Shown here: piece by piece, positions 12,901-24,883 of the stretch
Layout: each line of letters opens with the position of its first letter
How positions within the stretch are numbered: the stretch's first letter is position 1
Assembly (NCBI GenBank): GCA_977017575.1
Contig: CDRNVI010000149.1
Coordinates: 62,001 to 126,000 of the forward strand
DNA length: 64,000 bases
Reading direction: 5' to 3'
Source of the DNA: Paramoeba atlantica
Lineage: Eukaryota > Protista > Discosea
Made by a program: the position numbers and the translations under genes
The notes under the pieces: generated by a model
Seen by the model: the letters and a program-made list of their open reading frames with translations, nothing else
Databases searched by the model: none
What the model was told of the DNA's origin: nothing

Positions 12901-13416
12901 TTCCAGCTGTTCCTCACGAGTTCGTCCCATTTGTTTTGAAAGATCGGATTTTCAAAATTTTCTCCCAAAATCTCGCATTGCCTCCTTGACATCTATCGCC
13001 TCCCTCCAAGGGAGTCTTCTTCTTCGTCTTGAGGTACAAATGAAGGTATTCAGAAGTAATTACTCGAAATTGGTCATCCGTCAGTTTCTCATCAGGTACT
13101 CGAAAAAGATCAAAGCGTTGTTGGTCTGTCAGGATAACCTTCTCCTTACCAAATCCCTCATTCAATGACCGCAATAGATTCAAAGGAATCGCTTCCGTTT
13201 GTCCCATCAATGAGCTCCATGATCTTCGTGAGATCGAGTTCTTCTTCCATTGAGTCCGAATCGAATGATCGCCAATGTAAATTGGATTTTATTCCAGGTT
13301 CAAGAGAGTTCAAGAGTGTACAATTGAAAGTTGTCAATTGAAGTTTTGGGAAATCGCAGAAGAAAGTGGTTTGGAGAAGTGAAGGAGTGAGGAGAAGGAG
13401 CCCTTAGTTGTCGACA
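9983..13416 (-). mobile_element. Degenerate Ty3/gypsy LTR retrotransposon (gag-PR-RT-partial RNase H, integrase missing)
   Basis: Direct repeats of about 130-140 bp at 9983-10110 and 13276-13416. PBS-like TGGCGATC lies 1 nt inside the LTR CA end. gag ATG about 13250 with CFLCGEGHSSKSC knuckle; protease LCDSGA (about 12470); RT SNSPYDSPIMLV and NYVDDIVIFS; then FYIPVDAS. Confidence 0.9.
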
Positions 13417-13749
13417 ATGCCAAAAAGAAAAGAAAAGAAAAAGAAGAAGAAGGGAGAAAGAAAGAAGAGAAAAAGAGAGAGAAAAAGAAAGAGAGAAAAA
13501 GAAAGAGAAAAATAGAGTGCAAACATGCCCAAAGTTGCGCAGGTAGCGCCATGACAAAGACTTTTTTGTTCTTTTTTGTTCTTTTGTTTTGGGATTGAAT
13601 CGTCCTGACCCTTCAAAATTGCTCGAAAAAATTGTTGCGCAACTCTGATTAAGGCAGGTATTTCTTTCAATCCCCAAAATTCTTTTGGATTTTGAATTCA
13701 AAGACCCTCTTCTAGAAACTGATCTTTTTTTTTTTTGAAAAAAAGACTC

Positions 13750-16089
13750 ATGGAATCCATAAAGAAGCGATTCTTGAAAGTAGTGCAGGCTGAGTGTGAT
13801 TATTGTTGAGGACCAAACCACAAAGCGATGACTCATGCTGGACCATTCATTGCTGTTCCTTCCTTGTTTGAGGAGAAATGGCAAAAACAATTAGAAAAGG
13901 CTTTAGACCGAAAAATTATTGGAGAGAAGGACTGACCTCCTGGAACCAGCGATTGAAACACAGAAAATTGCGAATTGCTGTTGAACATTTTGTTTTGGAT
14001 GAAAATGATTGTTTTTCTTTATTGGCCCCCAAATTTCTTTGATAAAGTTGGGCAATCTGCTTATGGAAGTGGTGGGGAATTTTCTGGTGGTTTACGAAAT
14101 GGTCACGATTGAAACAAGGAAAGCCAACCTGCTTGTGGTTATTTTATTCGCCACCCACCACACATCAAAGCATTGGATGACCTTGATCTTTTTGTTGATA
14201 AAGCTCGCCATTTGATTGATCCTGAGGAAATTTCATTTCGTGACCTCCTTACTCTTGCAAAGAAGACTGAGGAGGAGGAGGAGAACAATGAAAAAGGAAA
14301 AGGAAAGAAGAATCCAACGGATTTGTCGTGAAGGCAGCATCCAATCAAAATTAGAAGCACTACTGCGAGTCCAAGAACTAAGAATCCCCAACTCTTCTCT
14401 CATGATGGAAGTTCATCACGAGGACGAAATCTTCTTTCTGTTGGTATCCAGGGCGAAAGTGGGCGTGTTAATTTGGGTATTCGAGAAACAGTTGATCATG
14501 ATGCCCCATCAATTGCAAAGGATATTTTTTCTCTTTTTAAATGATCTACAAAATCTGGCAAAGAAATTCCCTGAAACCTTCTTCCAACCCAGTGGCAGTT
14601 GGAGAATTGAGTCAAATGGCTGGAAAAGTCCTTCAGACTTTTGGTTGCCGTGCCCATAAATGCGATCTCGTTGAAGAAGCTTTTCGAAAGACCCTAATCA
14701 AAAACCTGTCTTCTCGAGTTGAACAGGTTGTTGATGATGGTAGTCTCGATTGTGGCGGTGGATCTGACTTATCGATGAAGGCTCCAACAGGAGTGAAAAA
14801 TATTCACTCTTCTTCACACTTCCTGTATCAACTTGGAAAACTTGCACTGACTTCATTAAACAAGTGTGGGCATTCCGAAAAATTTCGGGTCTGGGCAGCA
14901 CAACATGATCTTGTCCACCACCTCACACCTCTCCACTCAAATCGGTTTTTAGTTTATTCATACAACAGTTTGGCCTGTTATCAAGACTTGCACCATTATG
15001 AAATGTTTGTGCGGAGTTGTTTGCCCTCTTCCACTTGGCCCATCTAAATTTCTTCTCATGAGCCTATCCTCACCCACGATGCGAAAACTGAACTTTGTCT
15101 TCTTGCTCTCTTCCATTTCTTCTTTTCTGGACCAATAACCCACACTCTCTCAACTCTTACTCTTGGTGAAGCTTCAAGTCTTTGGAAAGCAATCGATACA
15201 ATTTTTTGAAAATTGGTCTGAAATCTCAGAAATCTCAAATTATATGTATAAAGAAGATGAAGAAGAAGAATCCCCCTCCTCACCATCTCTATTTTGGTCT
15301 CCACAGTCCCTCTTGTTGGGAGGTTATGGGAGGAAGTTGGTGCAATAATGGGGAACTGAGGAGAAGAAGAAGAAGAAAAAAAAATCGTGGAATGCCATTG
15401 GAAGTGTTTTGATTGGTGGCAGAGAGTGTGGAGTTAGATTGAGAGGAAGATGACGATGAGCTTTTCCAGAGTTACTTACAAGCTGCTCGTGTTGGAAGTG
15501 AAAAAATTGCAAAAGAGTTTCTTGATGAAGGCCCACTTGCAACTGTCCCAGAGTCCATGGTTGGCCTTCCTGCTGACAATCTTGAACATGAATGATTCTT
15601 TGCCAAATGGAAGCGACAGGATTACCCATGCCAACCATTTCTCCACTTCTTCCTTCTTCTCTTTGAAGGAAAAATCTTATGGAAAGAAAACATGGTTTTG
15701 AGAGAGAGCCTCAGTTGGTATTGAGTGACGAAACAAGATTTGAAATTCGCAAGGTTGCTCAGTCCCTCCCAACTCAAGAACAAATTGACCAAGAGATTGG
15801 AGTGAAAAAGATGAACAAGAAGTGTGACAGAGAGAGAGAGAAGCAGGAGGAGATACAAAAAGGACAATAAGGAAAAGAAAAAGAGGTGATTAAAATTGGA
15901 CCAAGAGTTGGAAAACTTGGAGTTGATTGAGAATACAGGGGACTTGGAAAGTATGACCTCGAGTCAGCTCCGACTTCAATTGGCTCTTCACAAAAAAGAC
16001 TCAAACCAACCCTCAAAATCCCTCTTGAGTGGGACTAAAAAGTCAAGAGACTGAATCGATTGCAAACTATTTTGAAAGAAAACCAATAA
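13750..16089 (+). mobile_element. Degenerate DDE transposase of the CxxH (hAT/P/MULE-related) group
   Basis: LFSHDGSSSRGR (first D, 14401), FGCRAHKCDL (CxxH, about 14646), LHSNRF, KEFLDEG..LPADNLEHE*FFAKW (E motif, about 15575-15600); several stops and frameshifts; TIRs not found. Confidence 0.7.
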
Positions 16090-18169
16090 ATTGAAAATTT
16101 CCAATAAATTGATTTTCTGCCACCAACACAATCATCAATCTGTTTCTTGTGTAACAGCCACAAAATTGCCAAGATTTCAAGTTTGGTTCAAAATTGCACC
16201 ATTTGGTCAAACAAACTCTCCTCTCTTGAAACAATTGTCAATTCCATTATTGGAATGTCTTCTCTCCTCTTTCTTAATTTCTCAATTTTTCTTCTTTTGG
16301 ACCTCAAAAACAAGATCGACAAACACACACAAAAAGCCCGGCGGTCTAAGAAAAAGAAAGAAGAAAGAAGAGAAAAAGAGAAAGAAGAGGAAAAAACACT
16401 GAAGAGGAAGAAACAACGCAAGGGAAGGAAGGAGAGAGAGGAGAGAAGAGGAGAGAGAAGGCCAGAAAGAGGCGCTAAATCTTTTGGCAGATTTGCCCTA
16501 AATCCCTTCAGATAGCGGCTAAAGTTGGACCACGAAAGATGGTTTGAATCATTTAGAGAGCTATCTCGAGATCACTCTAAGGGCCAGAATTTTTTTTTTT
16601 TTTTTTTTGTCAAAAGAGAGACCGTTTGCTTTGTTGGTTTGTTGGGGGTGCGTTTGGGGATTGGAACAAGAATTGGAAGAGATCCGAATTGTGACAAGAG
16701 GAGGTAAGTTTTTTGGGAGTCGACCAAGTTCTGAACTCACACCTCCCTCCTTTTTCGAACATCTGAAGGAAAAAGTTCTCCCCAAGTCGTTTTCACACAT
16801 ATTGTGAAAAAACTTCTCTCAAATCAGAAACAAAACTTTTTGGCCCACCGAAGCTCATCAATCATCGAATAAAAAAAAAAGCAGAAATGGCGAGTGGACC
16901 AATTTTTTTCAATTTATTTTCTTTCCTCTCCTGCAATATAATTTTGTATGCAAAAAAGTCCATACCGAGCCAAAAATTGATTTGCCAGAAATTTGGGAGA
17001 GAAACCAGCCAAGTCCATACCCTTCCAATATGCAGCAATTATCGGGCCCTGGAAGAGGAGAGAAAGAGAGAGAGAGAGGAGAGCGATGGAATTCAAAAAA
17101 AAACCAAATTGATCGTTTTTTGTGTTTGGTTTCTCGACGGAGGGACACCATAATAATAATTATTTTTCTCAGCAGTTTTCTCCTCAAAAATACCAAAAAA
17201 GGGGGGGGACACCGTATTCATGTCCCCAAAAACAAACGAAACGGAACCGTGGTTTTCCTTCTTGTGGCTGTGCGATGCGATGGGTTGTATGGTTTTCTCC
17301 CATCAGGGACTTGGTGGGGGGGGGGGCGAGTGGTGGTGGTGGTGGTGGGTGGTTCACCATACATTGTGTGATTGAGTGCGCCACCTCTATCATATGAAGA
17401 AAGTGAATTCACTCGAAATAACTATATTACCGCTGCTCTTCTACTGAGGACAAGAGATCTCTCTCCTCTCTCTTCTTCTTCTTTTCTTCCTTCTTTCTTT
17501 CTTTGTTCTCTTTCTTCTCCTTCTTTTCTTCCTTCTTTTCTTCCTTCTTTAATCCGACAAAATCATTTGGGATTGATATTGTTTGGAGCTGCTGTCATCT
17601 TCCCAACACTCACCGAGCACAACAACACACACAAGCGCGCACATTACACACCAGGTTTCCCTTCTTTTCCTTCTTTTCCTTCTTTTTTTTTTTTTTCTTT
17701 CCCCCATTTTTTCTCTTTTTCTTCTTTTCAGTCTTTTTTCTTCTTTTTCTCTTTTTTTTTTTCCCTCCCCCTCCTTTCCTCTTCTTCCCTCCTTTCCTCC
17801 TCTTTTTTCTTCTTTCCACTTTCTTCTTGATTTTTTTTTGCTTTTACTTTTACTTTTTCTTCTTTTTAAAAAACCTTTAAAATACAAACCTTGAGTACCG
17901 ATACTTTTTTCTCGTCAAAATCCCCCCCTCCCATAAAAACAACCATCTTATAATTTGTTAGTTTTTTTTTCACCCCTTAGAACCAACAACAAAAAACTGA
18001 ATAAAAAAAGAAAACGCTTTCTTGTCTCACAAAAGACCACCAGAAAAAAAAAACCAAAAAAAGAAAAGTGATCAAAGTTGTCAGTATCGAAAACGCGAGA
18101 TTTAGTTTTGTTTTTCTTCGAAAATCAAAAGAAAGAGGGAATCCTCTTTTTTTTTGTTGTTCTCCAAAA

Positions 18170-18625
18170 AAAAACTATTATGGAATAGAAGAAAATAATA
18201 AACTGCGTCGTGCGCAAGAAAAGCGAAACACAGCGCGGTTGACTTGTGCCGCCGGCAGTTCTTCTCGCACCACCACGGCAATTCTCTTTTATCACGCGAA
18301 TAAATCAAATGATTGGATCAGCGAAAACTTCTTTTTTCTTTTTCTTTGGGGGGCGAGTGGAGAGCAAAGATGGAGAAAAGGGGTGGGTTCATGAGAGGAG
18401 TGAAAGAAAAGCAAAAGTGAAAAAAGAAAACAAAGAAAGATTTATTTTTGAACAAAACCCACCAATCTGGCAAGTGATGAGGAAAATATGCTCGAGCTTT
18501 CGATTGCACCCGCACTTCGAGAAAATGTCCTTCTCGCACCCAGGAAACTGGCACCGAAAGTTACACTCAATCGACTCTTTTGGGGCCACATGCTTCAAAC
18601 GATCATCTCTTCTTCCTCGTTTCAT
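18170..18625 (-). CDS. Possible small Cys-rich spliced gene, divergent from kinase 2
   Basis: MKRGRRDDRLK..CNFRCQFPGCEKDIFSKCGCNRKLEH..TCQI, then a T-rich intron-like stretch and WWCEKNCRRHK; splicing unverified. Confidence 0.3.
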
Positions 18626-19091
18626 TCTTTCTTCACTGGAAAATCAAAAAGGAACAGCTGGCCAAGCTGCTCTCTGTTCTGAAGGCAAATTTTTTTCAAC
18701 GAAAAAACTCTTTCACAGTTTTATTTAAATAAAATACAGTGCCGTGAAAGACTTTCCTCTCTCTTTTCAAGTGCCGATTCTCATTTTCCATGAAAAATTT
18801 TTGCTTCCCCTCTTTCGCTTCCCAAACTCCCTTGCCTCATCTTTTTTTTTTAAAGAAAGGTAAATACTTTTTCCTCCACAATCTTTTTTTAATTTTCTTT
18901 TTTTTTTCTTCTTTTCTTAAAAAATTGTCCGTTTTTTTTTTTTTTTTTTTTTAATTTTCAAATTATTGTACCGTTACTTTTACTTTTCAAAACCCGTGCG
19001 TGACCCTCTTCTCTCTTTTTTTCTTCTTTGTCTCATTCTCAAATTTCTTCAGTTGAACCACAAGATACACCAATTTTTTCGAATTGAAATA

Positions 19092-21161
19092 ATGGACGAC
19101 AACAGCAAGGAGGGCGGCGACTCTTTCAAGTTTTTTATTAATGGTGATGCCCAAACAACAACACCCCAAGTCTCGTGATATTCCCTTTCCCCAATTTTCC
19201 TTTTCTTCTTTCTTTTCATTACACTGACAATCAACCCCCCTCTCCTCTTCTTTTCCTTTTTCTTTCCTCCTGTGCGCAGTTGCTTTTACAAACCACCAAA
19301 GTTTCGTCTGGAACTGGGAAGAGAAAGCTTAAAAAAATAATTTTCAGGGGTTATTTTAACAAAAAATCCTTTTACTTAAAAGGGTTTGAAGAGGTTTTTC
19401 TTTCTCCTTCCTCTCCTTCTCAAAACCAAATATTATTGACTAAAAATATTAATTCAATTTTTTTTTTGCTAGCCTGGATATTCTGAGGAACACAGTATCC
19501 TCTTAAGACTCGATGGAGAATATTGTATTAAGGTTAAATATTAATACCTCTTCCCCCCTTTCACAATTCCTCTTTTCTTTTTTTCTTTCTCTCTCAAAAT
19601 GATGTATTGATATTTTTTTTTTGGCAGCCCCTTCAATATGTTTTAGAGTTTAATTATAAAGGAAGAGATTTCAAGGGATTCCTCCTTCCTGATGAAGGAC
19701 CCGATTTATTTCATTATCTTGAAACCCCCCGCTCCATTGTAATTTTTTTTCTCTTTTCTCTTTCTCTTTCTTGTTTGAATTTTAATTAATTATTTTGTTC
19801 TTCCGCTTTTTTTTCTTTTAGATTGAAAGAAAATCATTTGTAATCTCGCTTTTAAATGCCCTTCTCTTTTTAAAAGTAAGTGTTTTAATTTTCTCTCTTT
19901 CTCTCTCTCTCTCTCTGTGCCAAACATATCATCCCACACAACCACATTAATATATTTTATTTTATTTTCTGCCAGAAAAATCGACTCCTGCATCGAGACA
20001 TTAAACCACAAAACATGATTGTGTGGAAATTCGGTTTTTTTTCTTTTCATTTTTTCTCATTATATATTTTTTAAGGAGTCTTTTTTTCTTTCTCCTTTCC
20101 TGTGGTTTTCTCTTAATTTCTTTTTGTCTTTTTTTTATTTTTAGGGGCATTGAAGTTGATTGATTTTGAATTTTCCAAAACATTCAATCCAAAAAAGACA
20201 AGAGCCCGGGCCAATACTGATTTGGGTTCTTGTTTTTTTAAAGCCCCAGAAATTGGGCTTAAAAAAGGCTATTCATATGCTATTGACCTGTACAGGTTTT
20301 TTTTTTTTTAATAAATTCTATTCTTGATAAGTTTTCTTTTAAACCATTCACCAACATTAAAATAATAGTTCAGGTCGAACAATTTCTTTCATATTTGCGA
20401 AGAATTGGGAACACTTTACAAGTGTTTGTGTAGAAGAGGACACTTTGAATATCCCTCAAGGTTTTTTTTCTTTCTTGGTATATTCATTCTCTCTCTCCCT
20501 CTCTCTCTTCTTCCTTTGTCTTTCTTTTTTTTCTCTCTTCTCTTCTTTTTTTTTGAACTTTTTTTTCTCCACAGAATTTCAGGACCTCATCGATAATATG
20601 ACGGTTGAGGAACCCTTGAGAAGAAAAGCAATCGAGGAAATCTTTCAAATCTTCGCTCTCACAATCCTTTCAGTGCTTGTTGAGGTGTCTGAAGTTTGTA
20701 GGCCATCCTTCTCTTCCATTGTTGCATCTTCAACCACCCCCTCCTCCTCTTCTTCCCTTTCTTCTTCTTCTTCTTCTTCTTCTTCTTCTTCTTCTTCTTC
20801 TTCTTCCTCTTCTCAAGAAAGAACAAGTTTTCTTTCCTTTCCTTTTTTTCTCATTTTCTTTACCAAAAAAATAATTCCTCTTTCATACAACACAGGAACA
20901 TTTGATGAGAAAGTCAAACTCATGTACCAAAAAATGGAGAATAAGCCCACCATTAATTTTCCTCAGTTGAACAACCAATTGAAGTTTGGTTTGATTTTCT
21001 CCTTCTTTTTAGAAATTTTATCTTTCATTTTCTTTTCTTTTTTTCTTTTTTTTTCTTTTTTTTTGTCTCTGATTGAAAAGAAAAATTTTCCTCTATTTTT
21101 TCAAGGCCGGGATTACAAGAAAGGAAAAGTTCTCTATGCGAAAAGAAAAGCGATGAAGTAA
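19092..21161 (+). CDS. Multi-exon protein kinase with DFE motif, paralog of 6279-8284
   Basis: FYLKGFEE; LHRDIKPQNMIV (about 19990-20020); LIDFEFSK; LGSCFFKAPE; YSYAIDLYS; poly-Ser about 20740-20810; ends KRKAMK*. Confidence 0.85.
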
Positions 21162-21473
21162 AGAACCAATTCATTTGTGTTTTTTGTTGTGTTGTTGTTG
21201 AATAAAGAACTTTTTCTTCTTAAAAAAGAGCCTTTTTCCTAAAAGGAATCGAGGGGAGTCGTGGTGGAAATGATTGGCCTACAGGCTTCTCTATAAAGAG
21301 AAGTAGAGGGAAAAGAAGATGATTCGAAAAAAAGGGGAGTGAAACAGAAAATTAAGGACCAAGGTATTGGCAAAAGGCTAGCTCTTCGTAACAAAATAAA
21401 GAACAAAGAACACAACAAATAAAATAAAAATGGACAAATTTTTAAATATGAATTTTCAAGTTTTCAGTTTGTG

Positions 21474-21980
21474 TCAAATTGAAAATGAGCTCTTATGGAA
21501 ATCATAGTGCAAAATCAACCAACAAACAGATTGAGATGTTAAAGACTCAATAAACACTGCAGAATATGATCTCCTGAACAAGGCTCTCACCACAGGTTTT
21601 GGATCAACAGAAAAAAAGACCGCATATGATGTCCACCTCGAACCCTTCCAACAAACATTTGTGTTGTAATCCATGAGAGTGCTGCCTCCCTTTCTGCCAT
21701 GAATGCGTCTTCCTTCCCCATCTGCACTTAGAGCACCAATCGGCATCAAAATTTGCCAGTGAATTCCGAGGGGTTTTTACACCTTCGAGAGAGATCAACT
21801 GTTCCTCCAATATCATGTGGAGATGGGAGAGCACAAATTCGTGAGCGAATGGCTTGGTCTGAGTGCTGAAGAGGTGAATGTTGCATATATATATATATAA
21901 TATACACAAAGGAAATTGTATCCCTTTCAGAAATGAGTTCATGAGGAGAAAGATAAATCTCCTTCAGATCATCACACAGT
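21474..21980 (-). pseudogene. Possible PD-(D/E)xK nuclease (Crinkler-REase-like) relic
   Basis: FAHEFVLSHLHMILEEQL..FEVDII, frameshift, ..VCWLILHYDF; resembles the neighbouring relic HEHVYWELLRIL. Weak. Confidence 0.3.
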
Positions 21981-22574
21981 GTCAATTGTGAAAAGGGGAA
22001 TAAGAAAAGGTGAATGGGGGTGGTAATTGGATGGGAAGGAAACTCATTCTTCTTTCTTCTTTGTCTTTTGGGATAACGGGGGTTAGTGGAACTTTTGGTA
22101 GAACTGGACGAAGACATCTCTGAGATTGCTCACTTGTTTTGCCAAAGGAACGAAGTGCAAATTGCAAGAAATCAAGAGTGGGACTCGAGAAAAATGAAAG
22201 CGATTCTCGTTCTCCAAATGACCAACCAAAATCTTTTGATGAGACAACTTCAGAACCAAATGAAGTGTACGAAAAAAAGAGAAGGAAACCTGTGTTTTTT
22301 GTTGATAACATGTACGTTCGCTTCACGAATCACTTTTTGAATTTGTGTCCAAAGGTCGTCCACCAGAAGTGAAAAAAAAGAGAAAAGGAAACTTGTGTTT
22401 TTTTCTTTTCCCCTTTCGGTGAAAAGAAAAAAAGCTTGACATCTCATCCTTTTGTTGACAACATCGATCAAACAACGTGTTCGCTTCGCGAATCACTTTT
22501 TGAATTTGCGTCCGAAGGTCCATACCAAAAGTGAAAAATAGAGAAAAGAAAACCTGTGTTTTTTCTTTCCCCAC

Positions 22575-22985
22575 TGTAAATACGGAAATCCTTTGCAGCT
22601 TCGAAAACAAAACTCTCTCGATTCTCTTGGTCAAACCGGAAAACGTGCAAACAAGGAACCGCGAACGGAAACCAACACAAAAATATCCTAATAAAGGATA
22701 TAAAAATAATTGTTTTTGTATTGGTGCGCTAGATTTAGCACACTTATTAATCTTTGGATCACTTTCTTCTTGTCTCCTTTTTGTTTTTTGGCGAACAATG
22801 ATGTCGAACCACCACATTGAATCTCTTTGACACGTATGTTGCTCTCTCTTGAGATTTCCATTTCTCAAGAAAAACATCACAGTCTGCCACTTGTCTTTTC
22901 CACTTTCCACTTTTCACTTTTCTGCTTTCTGTTTTCCACTTTGCTGTTTTCTGCTTTTGCTGCTGCTTTCCTGTTTTCCTTTTAG
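22575..22985 (-). mobile_element. Truncated copy of the TGTAAAT..ATTTACA LTR family
   Basis: Reverse complement of most of 31725-32195; one intact terminus at 22575, the other end missing. Confidence 0.85.
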
Positions 22986-23109
22986 AAAGCAAACCAATGT
23001 TTTTTCTTTCCCCTCAAAGAAAAAAGGTACACTTTTTGTGGTGTCCCAAGAGAGAGTATGATGTCCTGAAGCGGTCCACACCGAAACTGAAAAAAAACTA
23101 AAAAAAGTG

Positions 23110-23800
23110 TTTATTTGGTTTGCTGATATTTTGGAGCAAGCTGCGCTGGTAGTTTCTTGTAAGATTGAAGGGTTTCCAGGTCACGAAGCATTAATATGCC
23201 TCCCGTTCAACTTCATTCTCATGCAATGTTCTTTCGAGGACTTTCCGACGAGAAGCTGAAATTCCTCCTGGAGTTTCACCCGGAAGAGTCTGGCACTTAT
23301 TTTTGAACTTAATTCGACAACAAACAATCCTTTGTTGCTCTTTGAAATTCCTGCTTCAAATTCTGGTATTATTGAAACTTCTCTGGTAAAGAGAATACCT
23401 GGTAAAGAAGAAGAGAGATAAGAAGTCAAAATAAAAATGGGAATTTCAAATGAGATTTTTTTGAACCTTAAAAGCTCCCAGTAGACATGTTCATGAAAAC
23501 TTTGAAGTCCAGTAGTGGGAGAGATTAAAACCAGACAAAATAAAAACAATCGACCCCCAACATGTAACGTGTTAATTTACGAACCAGATTTGACTTTCAT
23601 CGAATTTCAATCTTCGTTCAATTACCCAATAATAAAAAAATCTCGTACGTGCCGCATACTCATTTGGCTCAGTCCCAAAGGAGAGTGCTTCAATTACCCC
23701 TCCTTTGAATCCATCAGAAATGACGAGGAGGTTCAACATAAAACGGGCGAGCCTTTTTCCTTTCTCTCACTCCTCTTCAACGGCGAACGTGCGGTCTGTT
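23110..23800 (-). pseudogene. Crinkler-REase-like PD-(D/E)xK nuclease relic
   Basis: Removing a GT-AG intron gives FHEHVYWELLRILFTREVSIIPEFEAG..LFVVEL..SSKEHCMR, then EAY*CFVT. This recalls the ExVYxxELxRIL..EHxxR..AW/Y pattern of eukaryotic CR-REase domains. Upstream FYVEPP..WI segment is decayed. Confidence 0.45.
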
Positions 23801-24478
23801 TCAGAAAAAAAAAAGAAAGTGCCTGTGTGTGTTGTGGAATCGCGATTGAAAAATAGGGACCAATTCTTTTTTCAGGGTGTTGTGAAAAAAAAAAAGAGGG
23901 AAAATATTTTTTTTTCAAGGGTAAAAAAACTCAAACCTATGTTTCATCGAAAGAATCCTTTCAAGAAGAACTTTGGTTGAGTCGTTGTCCCAAAATCAGC
24001 TGCTGATTTTGACCAGTGGGTTTTGCAAATGTCGAGTCAGCATACTTTCGAAACACATAAATCACTTGCTCTTCTGCAAACTCCTCCATTGGGAAGATCT
24101 GCAATCACTACTAACATTGAGACTCTTTCTCTGTTCTGAGACGAAACAGTAAACTGGTCCAGTGTGAACAACATCGAACAGTTCCTCCTTTTTGGTTTAA
24201 TTTTTTTTAAAGCTCTTGGATACTAACCCAAGAGCCTAATTCCCCGCGCAAGCGTTTTGTTTTCGTTTTTTGCACTCGCTCGTTTCTGCTGTGTTGTAAA
24301 ATGGGAATCTTTTCCCCCACCGAACCTCTTTCTCTTCTTATCCTCATTTCTTTCAGTATTCAATTTTCCAGTTTGGTTTTTTTTTTTTTTTGGGAGAGAG
24401 TTTGGAGTTTATCACACACTTTGTCTTTTTTTCTCATTCTTTTTTTTTTCACAGCGCAGTTAGCCCGAAAATTTAATT

Positions 24479-24835
24479 ATGGAATATGATGAACAAGTTC
24501 GCCTCTCTCTCTCTCAACTCCATCAAATTGACGAAAAAAAAGAGGACAAACGAAAAAACTAATCAACCTCCTCTCTCTTTCTCAGACCAGAATTATCGCC
24601 TATCTCAAAGAAAATAAGAAGCGTTTCGAAGGGGAAATTCCCTTCCTATTGAGGCAATCCGATCTTCCCAGCCAAAAAGAAGGAAAAATGATTTTCGCAT
24701 TAGCCCAACAATGGGGAGAAAAAAAGTTAGGCGAGTGTCTGCAGCAGAGGCAATCCCAATTTTTGGAGTGTCTCAGTTTTTTTTCAGAATGCTTGGAGGT
24801 TTTTCTCTTCCTCTCTCTCTCCTTCCTTCTCCTTC

Positions 24836-24883
<48 letters not shown>

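Noticed and set aside
16900-17460. Gene or ncRNA models in this GC-richer patch (also 4920-5130)
   Set aside because: Several frames are equally plausible and no motif is recognisable.
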